Shown here piece by piece: positions 31,807 through 41,617 of a DNA stretch of 63,224 nucleotides; positions within the stretch are counted from its first letter, which is position 1, and every line of letters starts with the position of its first letter. The notes beneath the pieces are model-generated. The model saw only the letters and a program-made list of their open reading frames with translations, searched no databases and had not been told where the DNA came from. The position numbers and the translations under genes were made by a program. The stretch comes from Anaeromyxobacter sp. (GTDB lineage: Bacteria; Myxococcota; Myxococcia; Myxococcales; Anaeromyxobacteraceae), in the NCBI GenBank assembly GCA_036391435.1, contig DASVZX010000144.1, forward strand, positions 1-63,224. The letters run 5' to 3'.

Positions 31807-32607
31807 CTACGCGTGCGCCTCCTCGAGCTTCTCCTGCACCCGCGCGATGGACCGCGCGAGCCCGGTCGCGTCGTCCACGTCGACGAGCGCGCCCTGCAGC
31901 CAGACGTCCCGCTTCGCGGGCTCGAAGGACACGGGCCGCGCGGAGAGGAACCGGTCGATGACGAGCTCCTTCCTCACGCCGATGATCGAGTCCCAGGGAC
32001 CGCACATCCCGACGTCGGTCACGAAGGCGGTGCCGCCCGGGAGGACGCGCGCGTCCGCCGTCTGCACGTGCGTGTGCGTCCCGAGGACGGCGGAGACCTT
32101 GCCGTCGAGGAACCAGCCCATCGCGTTCTTCTCGCTCGTCGCCTCGCAGTGCATGTCGACGAGGATCGCCTTCGCGCCCTCGGCGCGGAGCGCCTCGATC
32201 CCCTCGAGGGCGGCGCGGAACGGATCGTCGAGCGCCTTCATGAACACCCGCCCCTCGAGGTTCAGCACCCCGAGCTTCCGGCCGTCGGGCGTCTCGACGA
32301 CGGCGCGCCCCCGCCCCGGCGCGCCGGGCGGGTAGTTCGCCGGGCGGAGGAGCCGGCAGCCCGGCCTCTCGAGGTACGGGACGATCTCGCGCTTCGCCCA
32401 GATGTGGTTCCCGCTCGTGAGCAGGTTCACCTCCGCCGCGAGCAGCTCGTCGGCGGCGTCGGGCGTGACGCCGATGCCCGAGGCCGAGTTCTCGGCGTTC
32501 GCCACGACGAGGTCCACGCGGTCGCGCGCGATGAGGCGCGGGACGAGGCGCTGCACGGCCTGGCGGCCGGGTTTTCCGAACACGTCTCCGAGGAAGAGGA
32601 TCTTCAA
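31807..32607 (-). CDS. ymdB: YmdB/TIGR00282 metallophosphoesterase
   Basis: ILFLGDVFGKPGR, TSGNH, HCEATSEK, GTHTHV. Confidence 0.93.
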   Translation of the reverse strand: MKILFLGDVFGKPGRQAVQRLVPRLIARDRVDLVVANAENSASGIGVTPDAADELLAAEVNLLTSGNHIWAKREIVPYLERPGCRLLRPANYPPGAPGRGRAVVETPDGRKLGVLNLEGRVFMKALDDPFRAALEGIEALRAEGAKAILVDMHCEATSEKNAMGWFLDGKVSAVLGTHTHVQTADARVLPGGTAFVTDVGMCGPWDSIIGVRKELVIDRFLSARPVSFEPAKRDVWLQGALVDVDDATGLARSIARVQEKLEEAHA

Positions 32608-32641
32608 GGGAGCGAAGGTATAGCCCGCGCGGCCCGCCCGG

Positions 32642-33229
32642 TCAGCGTGATTCTCGCCGGAAGGAGAGGACGCGGCTCTCCGTGACCACCGCGTCCATCG
32701 GGGCGTCGTGCGCCTCGCGCGGGAGCGTCGGCACGATCTGCACGTCGAAGGCGAGGCCGACGCGCGCCACGCCCGGCAGCTCGCGCAGGGTCGCGTCGTA
32801 GTAGCCGCCGCCGCGCCCGAGGCGGAGCCCGTCCTCCGAGAACGCGACGCCCGGCATGACGACGCAGCCGACCTCGCGCAGCTCGAGCGCGTGCGCGCTC
32901 CTGGGAGGCTCCGCGGCGCCGAGCGGACCGCGGACGAGCTCGCCCGGCGCGCAGATCGCGAAGGCGAGCCGGCGGTCGGAGCCGGCGCGCGGGAACGCGA
33001 CGCGGACGCCGCGCGCGACCGCCCGCCGGACGATCTCGGCCGGGTCCACCTCCGTCCCGAGCGCCGCGTACACCGCGACGACCGACGCGTCGCGGAAGGC
33101 CCGGACCTGCTCGATCCGGTCCGCGACCGCGCGCGACCGCTCGGTCCGCTCGTCCGGCGAGAGCCGCGCCCGCCGCGCGATCAGCTCGGACCGGAGCGCG
33201 CGCTTCGCCTCGCGCTGGCTCGTCTCCAC
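32642..33229 (-). CDS. ygfA: 5-formyltetrahydrofolate cyclo-ligase
   Basis: PGVAFSEDGLRLGRGGGYYD. Confidence 0.95.
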   Translation of the reverse strand: METSQREAKRALRSELIARRARLSPDERTERSRAVADRIEQVRAFRDASVVAVYAALGTEVDPAEIVRRAVARGVRVAFPRAGSDRRLAFAICAPGELVRGPLGAAEPPRSAHALELREVGCVVMPGVAFSEDGLRLGRGGGYYDATLRELPGVARVGLAFDVQIVPTLPREAHDAPMDAVVTESRVLSFRRESR

Positions 33230-33263
33230 CTCGACCTCCGGCGCCCGGGCCCGGACGAAAAAA

Positions 33264-33455
33264 AGCCCCCCGCGTGAGCCGTGTGGTCCGCTCGTTTGGA
33301 CCTGTATTTCTACAGGTGGGACACCCGATTCACCAGCGGCCGTAGGCTTCCCCCTCGTTGCGTGGGGGCTTGCTCATGGCCGTGGCCGAGTGCTCCGCTT
33401 GGTTCAAAGTCGGCCCAAACTATGCGGAACCCAATCACGAACCCGGCAGGGGGCA
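33264..33455 (-). ncRNA. ssrS: 6S RNA
   Basis: ~190-nt non-coding, self-complementary stretch directly upstream of ygfA (conserved ssrS-ygfA synteny), with TTGAACC..AGC and CCCACCT motifs; ends approximate. Confidence 0.8.
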
Positions 33456-33520
33456 GGGCGATGCACGCGTCTGAAAAAGAGCTTAACACCGCGAAATCAC
33501 GCGGAGTTTCTATGATAGGG

Positions 33521-33549
33521 ATCCTAGGCTCCCGGTCCCGGACTGTCAA
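33521..33549 (-). promoter_or_regulatory. Sigma70 promoter for ssrS-ygfA
   Basis: TTGACA-17 bp-TAGGAT on the minus strand. Confidence 0.75.
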
Positions 33550-33583
33550 GGGAGGCGAGCGGCCTTCGAGGGTAGAATGACGC

Positions 33584-34429
33584 ATGCGCCTCCCCCGGAT
33601 GGCCGCAGCGGGGCTGCTCGCCCTCTCGGCGACGGCCGGGGCGGGCGCCCCTCTCATTCACGGAGAGTACGATTCGCCGCTCGGGCGGGTCCGCGTCGAG
33701 GGCGACGGGGCGAGCTTCCGCGGCGTCCTCGTCGTGCCGTCGCGCGCGTGCCCCTTCCGCGCGGGCGACGAGGTGCTCCGGGCGACGCTCCTCGACGACT
33801 CGCTCGCGGGCCAGCTGCGCGTCTGCCTCTCGGGCACATCGTGCCGGGCGCGCGAGGAGTGGGCGAGCGTGGTGCTGCTCGCCTCGGACGCCTCGCTCTC
33901 GGGCGCCGCGCACGTCGCGGCGAAGGGGTGCCGCGCGCCGCCCGTCGGGAAGAAGGGCGGCATCGCGTTCCGGCGGGCGAGCGCCGGCGCGCCGGGCCCC
34001 GCCGTCACCCGAGCGCCCGCCAGCTCCTCCCGCGCGAGGGCGAGGCGGATCCTGCGCGACGGCGCCGCCTGGCTCGCGGAGGGCAACTTCGAGCAGGCGC
34101 GCCGCCGGTTCCTCGACGCGATCGACGTCGACGCCTCGATCCCGGAGGCGTACAACGGCGTGGGCGTCACCTACCGCATGCGGAACGAGCTCGGGCGCGC
34201 GCTCGACTGGTACAAGAAGGCGCTCGCGATCGACCCGGACTTCGGCGATGCGTACTACAACATGGCCTGCGTGTACGCGCTCCAGGGCTCGAAGGACATG
34301 GCGCTCCGCTACCTCCAGATCGCGGCGATGAACGGCTACGCGACGGCGGGCGGCATGGACGGCGACCCGGACCTCGAGAGCGTGCGCGCGGAGCCGGGGT
34401 ACCGCGCGCTCGTGGGAGCGAGGATGTGA
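33584..34429 (+). CDS. Secreted TPR-repeat protein
   Basis: Signal peptide; EAYNGVGVTY, DAYYNMACVYA TPR motifs. Confidence 0.85.
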   Translation: MRLPRMAAAGLLALSATAGAGAPLIHGEYDSPLGRVRVEGDGASFRGVLVVPSRACPFRAGDEVLRATLLDDSLAGQLRVCLSGTSCRAREEWASVVLLASDASLSGAAHVAAKGCRAPPVGKKGGIAFRRASAGAPGPAVTRAPASSSRARARRILRDGAAWLAEGNFEQARRRFLDAIDVDASIPEAYNGVGVTYRMRNELGRALDWYKKALAIDPDFGDAYYNMACVYALQGSKDMALRYLQIAAMNGYATAGGMDGDPDLESVRAEPGYRALVGARM

Positions 34430-35355
34430 GCGGCGCGCCGGCCCCGTCGTCGCGGTCGCTCGACCGCTACAGGATCGAGGCGCTCATCGGCAAGGGCGGC
34501 ATGGCCGAGGTGTACCGCGCCGTCGTCCGCGAGGGGCCGGACGCGGGGACGCCGGTCGCGGTGAAGCGCCTCCTCCCGGCGCTCGCGCGCGATCCCGGGT
34601 ACGTCCTCCTCTTCGAGCAGGAGGCCGAGGTCACGCGGCGCCTGCGCCACCCGAACATCGTCGAGGTCCTCGACACGGGCGTCGCGGGCGGCACGCCGTT
34701 CATCGTGATGGACTACGTGGACGGGCGGAACCTGCGCCAGATCCTCTCGCAGTGCGCGGCGCGGAACATCCTCCTGCCGGTGGACTTCGCGGGGTACGTC
34801 GGGCACGTCGTCGCCGAGGCGCTCGCGCACGCGCACACCGGGCACGACGAGCAGGGGCGGCCGCTCGGCATCGTCCACTGCGACGTGTCGCCCTCGAACG
34901 TGTTCGTCTCGAAGATGGGCGAGATCAAGCTCGGCGACTTCGGCGTCGCGCTGACGCCGGGCGCCGCGCGCGGCCTGCCCGCCGCGTTCGGGAAGGCGCA
35001 CTACCTGTCGCCGGAGCAGATCCTGGGCCGCCCGCCGACGCCGCGCACCGACATCTTCGCGCTCGGCGCGGTGCTGTTCGAGCTCCTCACCGACGAGAAG
35101 GCGTTCCCCGGGAACGACCTCCGCGAGGTCGGCAAGCGCATCCTCGACGGGAAGATCCGGGTCCCGTCGGAGCTGCGGCCGGAGGTCCCGTTCGCGATGG
35201 ACGAGGTCGTGCTCCGCTGCCTGTCGCCCGCCGTCGAGAACCGGTACGACTCGGCCGACACCGTCGCCGCCGACCTCGCGACGCGCTACGACCCCGCCGT
35301 CGGGACGCCGCTCGCGATCGCGGCGGTGGTGCGGGGGCTGTTCGGGGTGAAGTAG
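34426..35355 (+). CDS. Ser/Thr protein kinase
   Basis: IGKGGMAEVY, VAVK, HCDVSPSN, DFG; GTGA overlap with the TPR gene. Confidence 0.93.
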   Translation: MSGAPAPSSRSLDRYRIEALIGKGGMAEVYRAVVREGPDAGTPVAVKRLLPALARDPGYVLLFEQEAEVTRRLRHPNIVEVLDTGVAGGTPFIVMDYVDGRNLRQILSQCAARNILLPVDFAGYVGHVVAEALAHAHTGHDEQGRPLGIVHCDVSPSNVFVSKMGEIKLGDFGVALTPGAARGLPAAFGKAHYLSPEQILGRPPTPRTDIFALGAVLFELLTDEKAFPGNDLREVGKRILDGKIRVPSELRPEVPFAMDEVVLRCLSPAVENRYDSADTVAADLATRYDPAVGTPLAIAAVVRGLFGVK

Positions 35356-35382
35356 CGCGCCCGGGCGGCCGCGGCGCGGCGC

Positions 35383-37083
35383 TCAGTACCCCATCGCGCA
35401 GCCGTCCTTGCGCGACTCGCTCGCGCCCGCGAGGACGCCGGTCGCGGGATCCCGCATGATCGCCTGGTACCCGCCGAAGGCGAGCGGCGACGCCTCCACG
35501 ATCCGGTGCCCCCTGCGCGCGAGGTCCCGCCGGACCTCGGCGGGGACGCCGGGCTCGAGCGCGAGCTGACCGCCGTCCTTCATCGTCGTGCCCGTCGGCT
35601 CGGACGAGTCCGTGTGGTAGAAGCGCGGCGCGTCGCCGGCCTCCTGCAGGTTCATGCCGAGGTCGAGCAGGTTCACGAGCACCTGGGCGTGCCCCTGGGG
35701 CTGCATGTCGCCGCCCATGACGCCGAACGCGATCCAGGGCTTCCCGTCGCGGGTGACGAACGCGGGGATGATCGTGTGGAACGGGCGCTTCCCGGGCTCG
35801 AGCGAGTTGGGTCGCCCGGGCCGCAGGTCGAACTGCGCGCCGCGGTCGTGGATCCCGAAGCCCCACTCCTCGACGGCGTAGCCCGAGCCGAAGCCGGTGT
35901 AGTTGCTCTGGATGAGCGCGATCATCCCGCCCTCCGCGTCGGCGGCGACGAGGAAGGTCGTGTCGCCGTGGGCGAGGCGCGGGTCGCCGGGCTCGACGAC
36001 GCGCGCGGCCCGCCTCATGTCGACGCGCGAGGCGCGCTCCCTCGCGTAGTCCTTCGAGAGCAGGCCCGCGACCGGGACCTTCGCGAACGCGGGGTCCCCG
36101 ATGAAGCGGGCGCGGTCCTCGAACGCGAGCTTCTTCGCCTCCACGAAGGCGTGCCAGAAGTCGGCGGAGTCGCGGCCCATCGCCTTCAGGTCGAAGCGCT
36201 CGAGGATGTTGAGGAGCTCGAGCGCGGTGATCCCCTGGCCGTTCGGGGGCAGCTCCCAGACCTCGGCGCCGCGGTAGGTCGTGGAGATCGGCTCCACCCA
36301 CTCCGACCGGTGCGCGGCGAGGTCCTCCTTGCGGAGGAAGCCCCCGACCTTGCGCGAGAAGGCGTCGATCGCGTCGGCGATCGGCCCGTCGTAGAAGGCC
36401 CTGCGGCCGCCCTTCTCGAGCGCGCGGTAGGTGCGGGCGAGCGCCGGGTTCCTGAAGATCTCGCCCTCGCGCGGCGCGCGCCCGCCCGGCAGGAACGTGG
36501 CGGCGAAGCCGGGCTTGTCCTTGAACCGCTGGGCGCCGATCGCCCAGGCGCCCGCGATGATCTGCGGGACCGGCGCCCCCTCCTCGGCGATGCGGGCGGC
36601 CGGCTCCAGGACGTCCTTCATCGGGAGCCGCCCGAAGCGGTCGTGCAGGGTGAACCAGCCGTCGACCGCCCCGGGGACGGTCCACGCGTACGGGGAGTAG
36701 ACGGGGATGGTCCCGTTCGGCTCCGCCGGGATCGCGTCGGCGCGCGCGAGCTTCGGCGCCCGGCCCGAGCCGTTCAGCGCGTAGAGCTTCCTCGTCTTCG
36801 GATCCCAGAGGATGGCGAAGAGATCTCCGCCGACGCCGCACGAGACGGGCTCGAGGAACCCGAGCGCCGCGTTCACCGCGATCGCGGCGTCCACGGCCGT
36901 CCCGCCCCGCTTCAGGACGTCGACGCCGATCTGCGTCGCGAGCGGGTGGGCGGACGCCACCATCCCGTGGCGGGCGTACACGACGGAGCGGGTCGCGAAC
37001 ATTCGTCCCTCGGCGCGGTTCGCGGCGGCGGCCTCGCCGGACAGGAGGACGGCGAGGAGCGCGGCCATCGGGAGCTTGGTCAT
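35383..37083 (-). CDS. ggt: Gamma-glutamyltransferase
   Basis: GGTAVDAAIA, PPNGQG, DTT nucleophile, KRPFHTIIP, GGDMQPQGH. Confidence 0.95.
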   Translation of the reverse strand: MTKLPMAALLAVLLSGEAAAANRAEGRMFATRSVVYARHGMVASAHPLATQIGVDVLKRGGTAVDAAIAVNAALGFLEPVSCGVGGDLFAILWDPKTRKLYALNGSGRAPKLARADAIPAEPNGTIPVYSPYAWTVPGAVDGWFTLHDRFGRLPMKDVLEPAARIAEEGAPVPQIIAGAWAIGAQRFKDKPGFAATFLPGGRAPREGEIFRNPALARTYRALEKGGRRAFYDGPIADAIDAFSRKVGGFLRKEDLAAHRSEWVEPISTTYRGAEVWELPPNGQGITALELLNILERFDLKAMGRDSADFWHAFVEAKKLAFEDRARFIGDPAFAKVPVAGLLSKDYARERASRVDMRRAARVVEPGDPRLAHGDTTFLVAADAEGGMIALIQSNYTGFGSGYAVEEWGFGIHDRGAQFDLRPGRPNSLEPGKRPFHTIIPAFVTRDGKPWIAFGVMGGDMQPQGHAQVLVNLLDLGMNLQEAGDAPRFYHTDSSEPTGTTMKDGGQLALEPGVPAEVRRDLARRGHRIVEASPLAFGGYQAIMRDPATGVLAGASESRKDGCAMGY

Positions 37084-37160
37084 GCGCGGGATGCTACGCC
37101 GCGCGGCCCCGCGGGGTCACGGCCTGCGCGGGAGGGGGCCGCCGCCGCGGCGGGCCGGCG

Positions 37161-38300
37161 TCAGCCCTGGACCTCGCGCCGCACCAGCTCGACGAGCGGC
37201 GGCACGATCGCGAGCGCCCGGTCCACCTCCTCGGCGGTCGAGGTCCACCCGAGCGAGAAGCGGATCGTCGCGCGCGCCTCCGCGTCGGAGAGGCCCATCG
37301 CGAGGAGCACGCCCGAGGGCCTCGTCGATCCCGAGTGGCAGGCCGAGCCCGCGCTCGCGCAGAGCCCGTCGAGGTCCATCGCCATGAGGAGCGTCTCCGC
37401 GTCGCAGCCCTCGAACACGACGGACGACGTGCTCGGGAGGCGCGGCGCGCCCGCGCCGTTCACCCGCGCGCGCGGCACCGCCGCGAGGAGCCCCGCCTCG
37501 AGCCGGTCGCGCAGCGCGGCGATCCGCTCCGCGTCCTCCGGCCGCCGCGCGACCGCGACCTCGATCGCGGCGCCGAGGCCGGCCGCGCCCGGGAGGTTCT
37601 CCGTCCCCGCGCGCCGGCCGCGCTCCTGCTCGCCGCCGAGGAGGGGCGCGAGCCGGACGCCCGGCGAGACGAAGAGGGCGCCCGCGCCGCGCGGACCGCC
37701 GAGCTTCTGGCCGGTGAGGACGACGAGATCGGCCCCCAGCGTGCGGACGTCCACCTCGATCTTGCCGACCGCCTGGACGGCGTCGCACAGGAAGAGCGCG
37801 CCCGCCTCGCGCGCGGCGGCGGCGAGCTCCGGCACGGGGAGGACGACGCCGGTCTCGTTGTTCGCCCGCATCGCGGCGGCGAGGGCGACGTCCGGGCCGA
37901 GCGCCGCGCGGAACGCCGCGGGGTCGACGAGCCCGCGCCGGTCCACCGGCACGACGGTGAGCGGCGTCCCGGAGCGCTCGAGGGCGCGCGCGAGCGAGAG
38001 CACGCAGGGGTGCTCCACGGCCGTCACGACGAGGCGCGTCCGGCCCGGCGGGGCGGCGCCGAGCGCGCCGCGGATGGCGATCGCGGCCCCCTCCGTCGCG
38101 CCGGAGGTGAGGACGACGTCCGGGGGCCTCGCGCCGATCGACCGCGCGACCTGCTCGCGCGCGCGGTCGAGGACGTCGCGCGCGGCGCGCCCCGCGGCGT
38201 GGACGGAGGACGGGTTCCCGAAGGCGTCGAGCGCGGCGAGCACGGCCGCGCGCGCCTCCGGGCGCACCGGCGTGATGGCGTTGTGGTCGAGGTAGATCAT
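37161..38300 (-). CDS. Cysteine desulfurase (IscS/NifS family)
   Basis: IYLDHNA, GNPSS, NNETG, ASAGSACHSG. Confidence 0.93.
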   Translation of the reverse strand: MIYLDHNAITPVRPEARAAVLAALDAFGNPSSVHAAGRAARDVLDRAREQVARSIGARPPDVVLTSGATEGAAIAIRGALGAAPPGRTRLVVTAVEHPCVLSLARALERSGTPLTVVPVDRRGLVDPAAFRAALGPDVALAAAMRANNETGVVLPVPELAAAAREAGALFLCDAVQAVGKIEVDVRTLGADLVVLTGQKLGGPRGAGALFVSPGVRLAPLLGGEQERGRRAGTENLPGAAGLGAAIEVAVARRPEDAERIAALRDRLEAGLLAAVPRARVNGAGAPRLPSTSSVVFEGCDAETLLMAMDLDGLCASAGSACHSGSTRPSGVLLAMGLSDAEARATIRFSLGWTSTAEEVDRALAIVPPLVELVRREVQG

Positions 38301-38387
38301 CGGGCCGCTCCCGTCTCCGGCCCGGCGCGCCAGGAGGAGCGAGCGGCGCCGGCCCGCGCTGTTCACGGCCTCCCGGGCCCGGCCTGC

Positions 38388-39518
38388 CTACACGAGCCTG
38401 CGCGGCTTGCGCCCCTTGACGCCGAACGCGTCGAGGAAGTCGCGCACGACGTCGTCGCGCAGCCGCTTCCTCGCGGCGGCGGAGACCCCCTTCACGGGGA
38501 TCCGCGCGCCCGCCATGGTCCCGTGGCCGCCCGCGGAGCCGCCCCTCGCCTCGATGATCTCGCGGATGAGCCGCCCGGCGTTCATGCGCCGGTCGGTGGT
38601 GCGCAGCGAGTAGTAGAGGGCGTCCTCGTACTCGCCGAACGCGAGCGAGAACCGCACGTCGTCGAGGAACGAGAACCGCTCCGCGACCTCCGCCACCATG
38701 TCCGGCGCGTAGATCTCGCCGATGTCGCAGACGATCGCGTCGCCGTAGACGAGCGCCTTCTCGATGCCGGCGTGGATCAGGCGGAAGTAGTCGTTCGGGA
38801 GCCGCGGGTGCTCGATCTCCCCGAGCGCGTCCTTGTCCGTCATCGGGAAGAGCCAGAGGTACGCGTCCACGTCCTGCGGCGTCGTCTGCCGGCCGAGATC
38901 GCGGGTGTCCGCCTTGATGCCGTAGAAGAGCGCGGTCGCGACGTCGACCGGGATCTTGAGCCGGCTCGCGCGGAAGTACTCGGCGACCACGGTCGAGGTC
39001 GCGCCGATCGGCCCGCCCACGTCGGCGATGGGGGCGAGGTGCGAGTCGGGGCGCTCGGGGTGGTGGTCGATCACCACGTCCGGGAAGTGGCGCGCCGGGA
39101 GCGAGTGGTTCCCCTGCTCGGGCTGGGTGTCGACCATGCAGATGAGGTCGAACTCGTCGAACATGAGCCGGGACACCGGCACGACCGGCAGCTTCAGCAC
39201 GCGGATGAGGGCGCGGTTCTCGGCGCGCCCCACGATGCCGCCGTACGCGACGCTCGCCTCGACGCCCGCGAGCTTCTCGAGGAGGTACGCGAGCGCGACG
39301 CCCGCCGCGATCGAGTCCGGGTCCGGGTTGTCGTGCGTGAGGATGAGCGCGCGCTTGTGCCCCTTCGCGTACTCGACGAGCCGGTCGAGGCGGGCGCGCA
39401 CCGTCTCCGCGTGGCGGGGGTAGAGCGACATCCGCGCGGCGCGGAGCGCGACGTGGCGCGCGCCGCGCGCGTGGGCCGGCTCGTCGGGCGGGCGGCGCAT
39501 GGGGAAGGTCGGCTTCAT
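38388..39518 (-). CDS. DHH-family phosphoesterase
   Basis: HDNPDPDS, VIDHH, GGSAGGHG; ATGA overlap with nfo. Confidence 0.92.
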   Translation of the reverse strand: MKPTFPMRRPPDEPAHARGARHVALRAARMSLYPRHAETVRARLDRLVEYAKGHKRALILTHDNPDPDSIAAGVALAYLLEKLAGVEASVAYGGIVGRAENRALIRVLKLPVVPVSRLMFDEFDLICMVDTQPEQGNHSLPARHFPDVVIDHHPERPDSHLAPIADVGGPIGATSTVVAEYFRASRLKIPVDVATALFYGIKADTRDLGRQTTPQDVDAYLWLFPMTDKDALGEIEHPRLPNDYFRLIHAGIEKALVYGDAIVCDIGEIYAPDMVAEVAERFSFLDDVRFSLAFGEYEDALYYSLRTTDRRMNAGRLIREIIEARGGSAGGHGTMAGARIPVKGVSAAARKRLRDDVVRDFLDAFGVKGRKPRRLV

Positions 39519-40342
39519 CGGCGCACGAGGCCGCGGAGGACCTCGATGTTCTCCTTGAACCGGGACTCGGTCTCGACGAACCCGGGCAGCTCCGCGAAGC
39601 GCGGGTCGTTCACGAGGAGCCGGAACGGCCGGAGCCCGAGCGTCCCCTCGCCGATGTGCTCGTGGCGGTCCACCCGGCAGCCGAGCGGCCGCTTGGAGTC
39701 GTTCAGGTGGAAGGCGCGCACGTTCGAGAGGCCGACCGCGCGGTCGAGCGCCTCGATGGTCTTCCCGTAGCCGTCGTCCGTCGAGAGGTCGTACCCGGCG
39801 GAGTAGACGTGGCACGTGTCCACGCAGACGCCGACGCGGCGCCTCGACCTCGCGGGGACGGCCTCCCGCATCGCCGCGAGCTGCTCGAAGCGCCATCCGA
39901 GGGAGGTGCCCTGCCCGGCGGTCGTCTCGAGCACGAGCCTGGCCTTGCCCGGCACCTGCTCGAGCGCTCGCGTCATCGCCTCCCCCACGAGGCGGATCCC
40001 CTCCGCCTCGTCCTCGTGGCTCCCCGGGTGGAAGATGAGCGCGGGGATCCCGAGCCGCTCGCAGCGGCCGAGCTCGTCCGCCAGCGCCTCCCAGCTCTTC
40101 CTGCGGATCGGGCGGTCCGCCGAGGCGCAGTTGATGAGGTAGGAGGAGTGGGCCGCCACCGGCTTTCGCGTGCGGTGCGCCTCGGTGCGGAAGGCGTCCA
40201 CCTCCCCGTCCTCGAGCGGCTTCGCCGCCCAGCCCCGCGCGTTTCGGGTGAAGATCTGGAGGCAGTCCGCCCCGTCGGCCTCCGCGCGGGCGAAGGCCTT
40301 CGAGACGCCGCCGGCGATGGCTTCGTGGGCTCCGAGGAGCAT
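39515..40342 (-). CDS. nfo: Endonuclease IV
   Basis: LLGAH, HSSYLIN, FHPG, ETTAGQG, DTCH, HLNDSK..DRHEHIG. Confidence 0.95.
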   Translation of the reverse strand: MLLGAHEAIAGGVSKAFARAEADGADCLQIFTRNARGWAAKPLEDGEVDAFRTEAHRTRKPVAAHSSYLINCASADRPIRRKSWEALADELGRCERLGIPALIFHPGSHEDEAEGIRLVGEAMTRALEQVPGKARLVLETTAGQGTSLGWRFEQLAAMREAVPARSRRRVGVCVDTCHVYSAGYDLSTDDGYGKTIEALDRAVGLSNVRAFHLNDSKRPLGCRVDRHEHIGEGTLGLRPFRLLVNDPRFAELPGFVETESRFKENIEVLRGLVRR

Positions 40343-40542
40343 GGGGGGCGTACCTATACAATGACGGGCCCCTGCGCCGCCACGCTCGGTGGAGCTGGCC
40401 GCTGGCACGGTAGATACGCTCGTCGTATCGCGGACTTAGACGAGGGACAGACGCTGCTAGACCCTGCGGGGTAGGCCGCAAGGAGCAAGGGCCGACACCT
40501 CCCGCCGCGCGAGAAGGGGCGGGACCGGGAGCTCGCGGCGGC

Positions 40543-41313
40543 CTAGCGGGCGGCCTTGCGGGACCGGGAGGGAGGGTTCTCCCGGAAGAACTTCTCGGCC
40601 TGGGCGAGCCCGTTGTCGAGCGCCTCGACCGTGAGGTCCCGGAGGATGGGCTCGGGCAGCCGGAGCGACTCGTAGTACCGCTGGCGGTCGGTCGCGTGGA
40701 TGATGCAGGGCACCCGGAACCCGCCGTTCAGCAGGATGAGGTTCGAGAGCAGGCGCGCCACCCGGCCCGAGTTGTCGGTGTACGGGAACACCTGCATGAA
40801 GCCGTGGTGCATCTTCGAGGCGCGCTGGATCGGGTGCGCGTTGCGGAACTCGGCGGAGTCGCAGGCGTCGAGGATCTTCTGGAGCAGGAGCGGGATCTTG
40901 GCGGGGTGGGCGATCTCGTGGAAGTACGCCCGGTGGAGCGGCATGTCCTTGCGGAACTCCGCGCCGTTCTTGCCCTCGGATCCGAGGACGAGGGTGTCGT
41001 AGAGCCTGCGGACCAGTGTGAGGTTGATCCGGAGCTTCTTCGCCCTGGCCTCCTCGCGGACGAGGTCGTAGGCGGTCTTGTGGTTCCGGATCTCCTGGAG
41101 CGCCGAGACGAACGTCGCGTCAGCGACGGGCGGATTGTCGAGCGCGGTGGCGAGCTCGAGGCCCGAGTAGACGATACCCTCGAGCGCGTTCTCGTGGTGG
41201 AGCCAGGACAGCTCGTACCGGCGGAGGAACTCGGCCGTGAGCTCCGGGTCCGACCGCATGCGGTCGGAGAGGTCATCCATCCGGTCGTCGATGTCGACGA
41301 AACGAGTCCTCAT
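40543..41313 (-). CDS. Fic-family protein with degenerate catalytic motif
   Basis: HENALEG and FPYTDNSGRVAR versus the canonical HPFxDGNGRxxR. Confidence 0.85.
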   Translation of the reverse strand: MRTRFVDIDDRMDDLSDRMRSDPELTAEFLRRYELSWLHHENALEGIVYSGLELATALDNPPVADATFVSALQEIRNHKTAYDLVREEARAKKLRINLTLVRRLYDTLVLGSEGKNGAEFRKDMPLHRAYFHEIAHPAKIPLLLQKILDACDSAEFRNAHPIQRASKMHHGFMQVFPYTDNSGRVARLLSNLILLNGGFRVPCIIHATDRQRYYESLRLPEPILRDLTVEALDNGLAQAEKFFRENPPSRSRKAAR

Positions 41314-41617
41314 CTTCGTGCCTACCCTTCGGATCCGCGGCGTTCCGCCCAGGAGGGGCGGCGGCGCAAGTTCCCGACATGTCGCGTCTTTTTCAGGACT
41401 GCGCCGAAAGGCCGCGCGAATCTAGCCGAAACCATTTTGCAACGTCAACGTTTGCCGCTCGCCCGGTGAACGGGCGAGGGCCGGCATTTGTTCCGCTTTG
41501 ATGGCCAAGTAACTGTAAGCATTAAGCAAACACGGATCGTCCGGGCGGGCCGGGAGAGAGCGGGCCGGCCCATTTCGCTCCGCGGCGAAACGTGCTGGCC
41601 CGGGGATGGGAGCGGCC

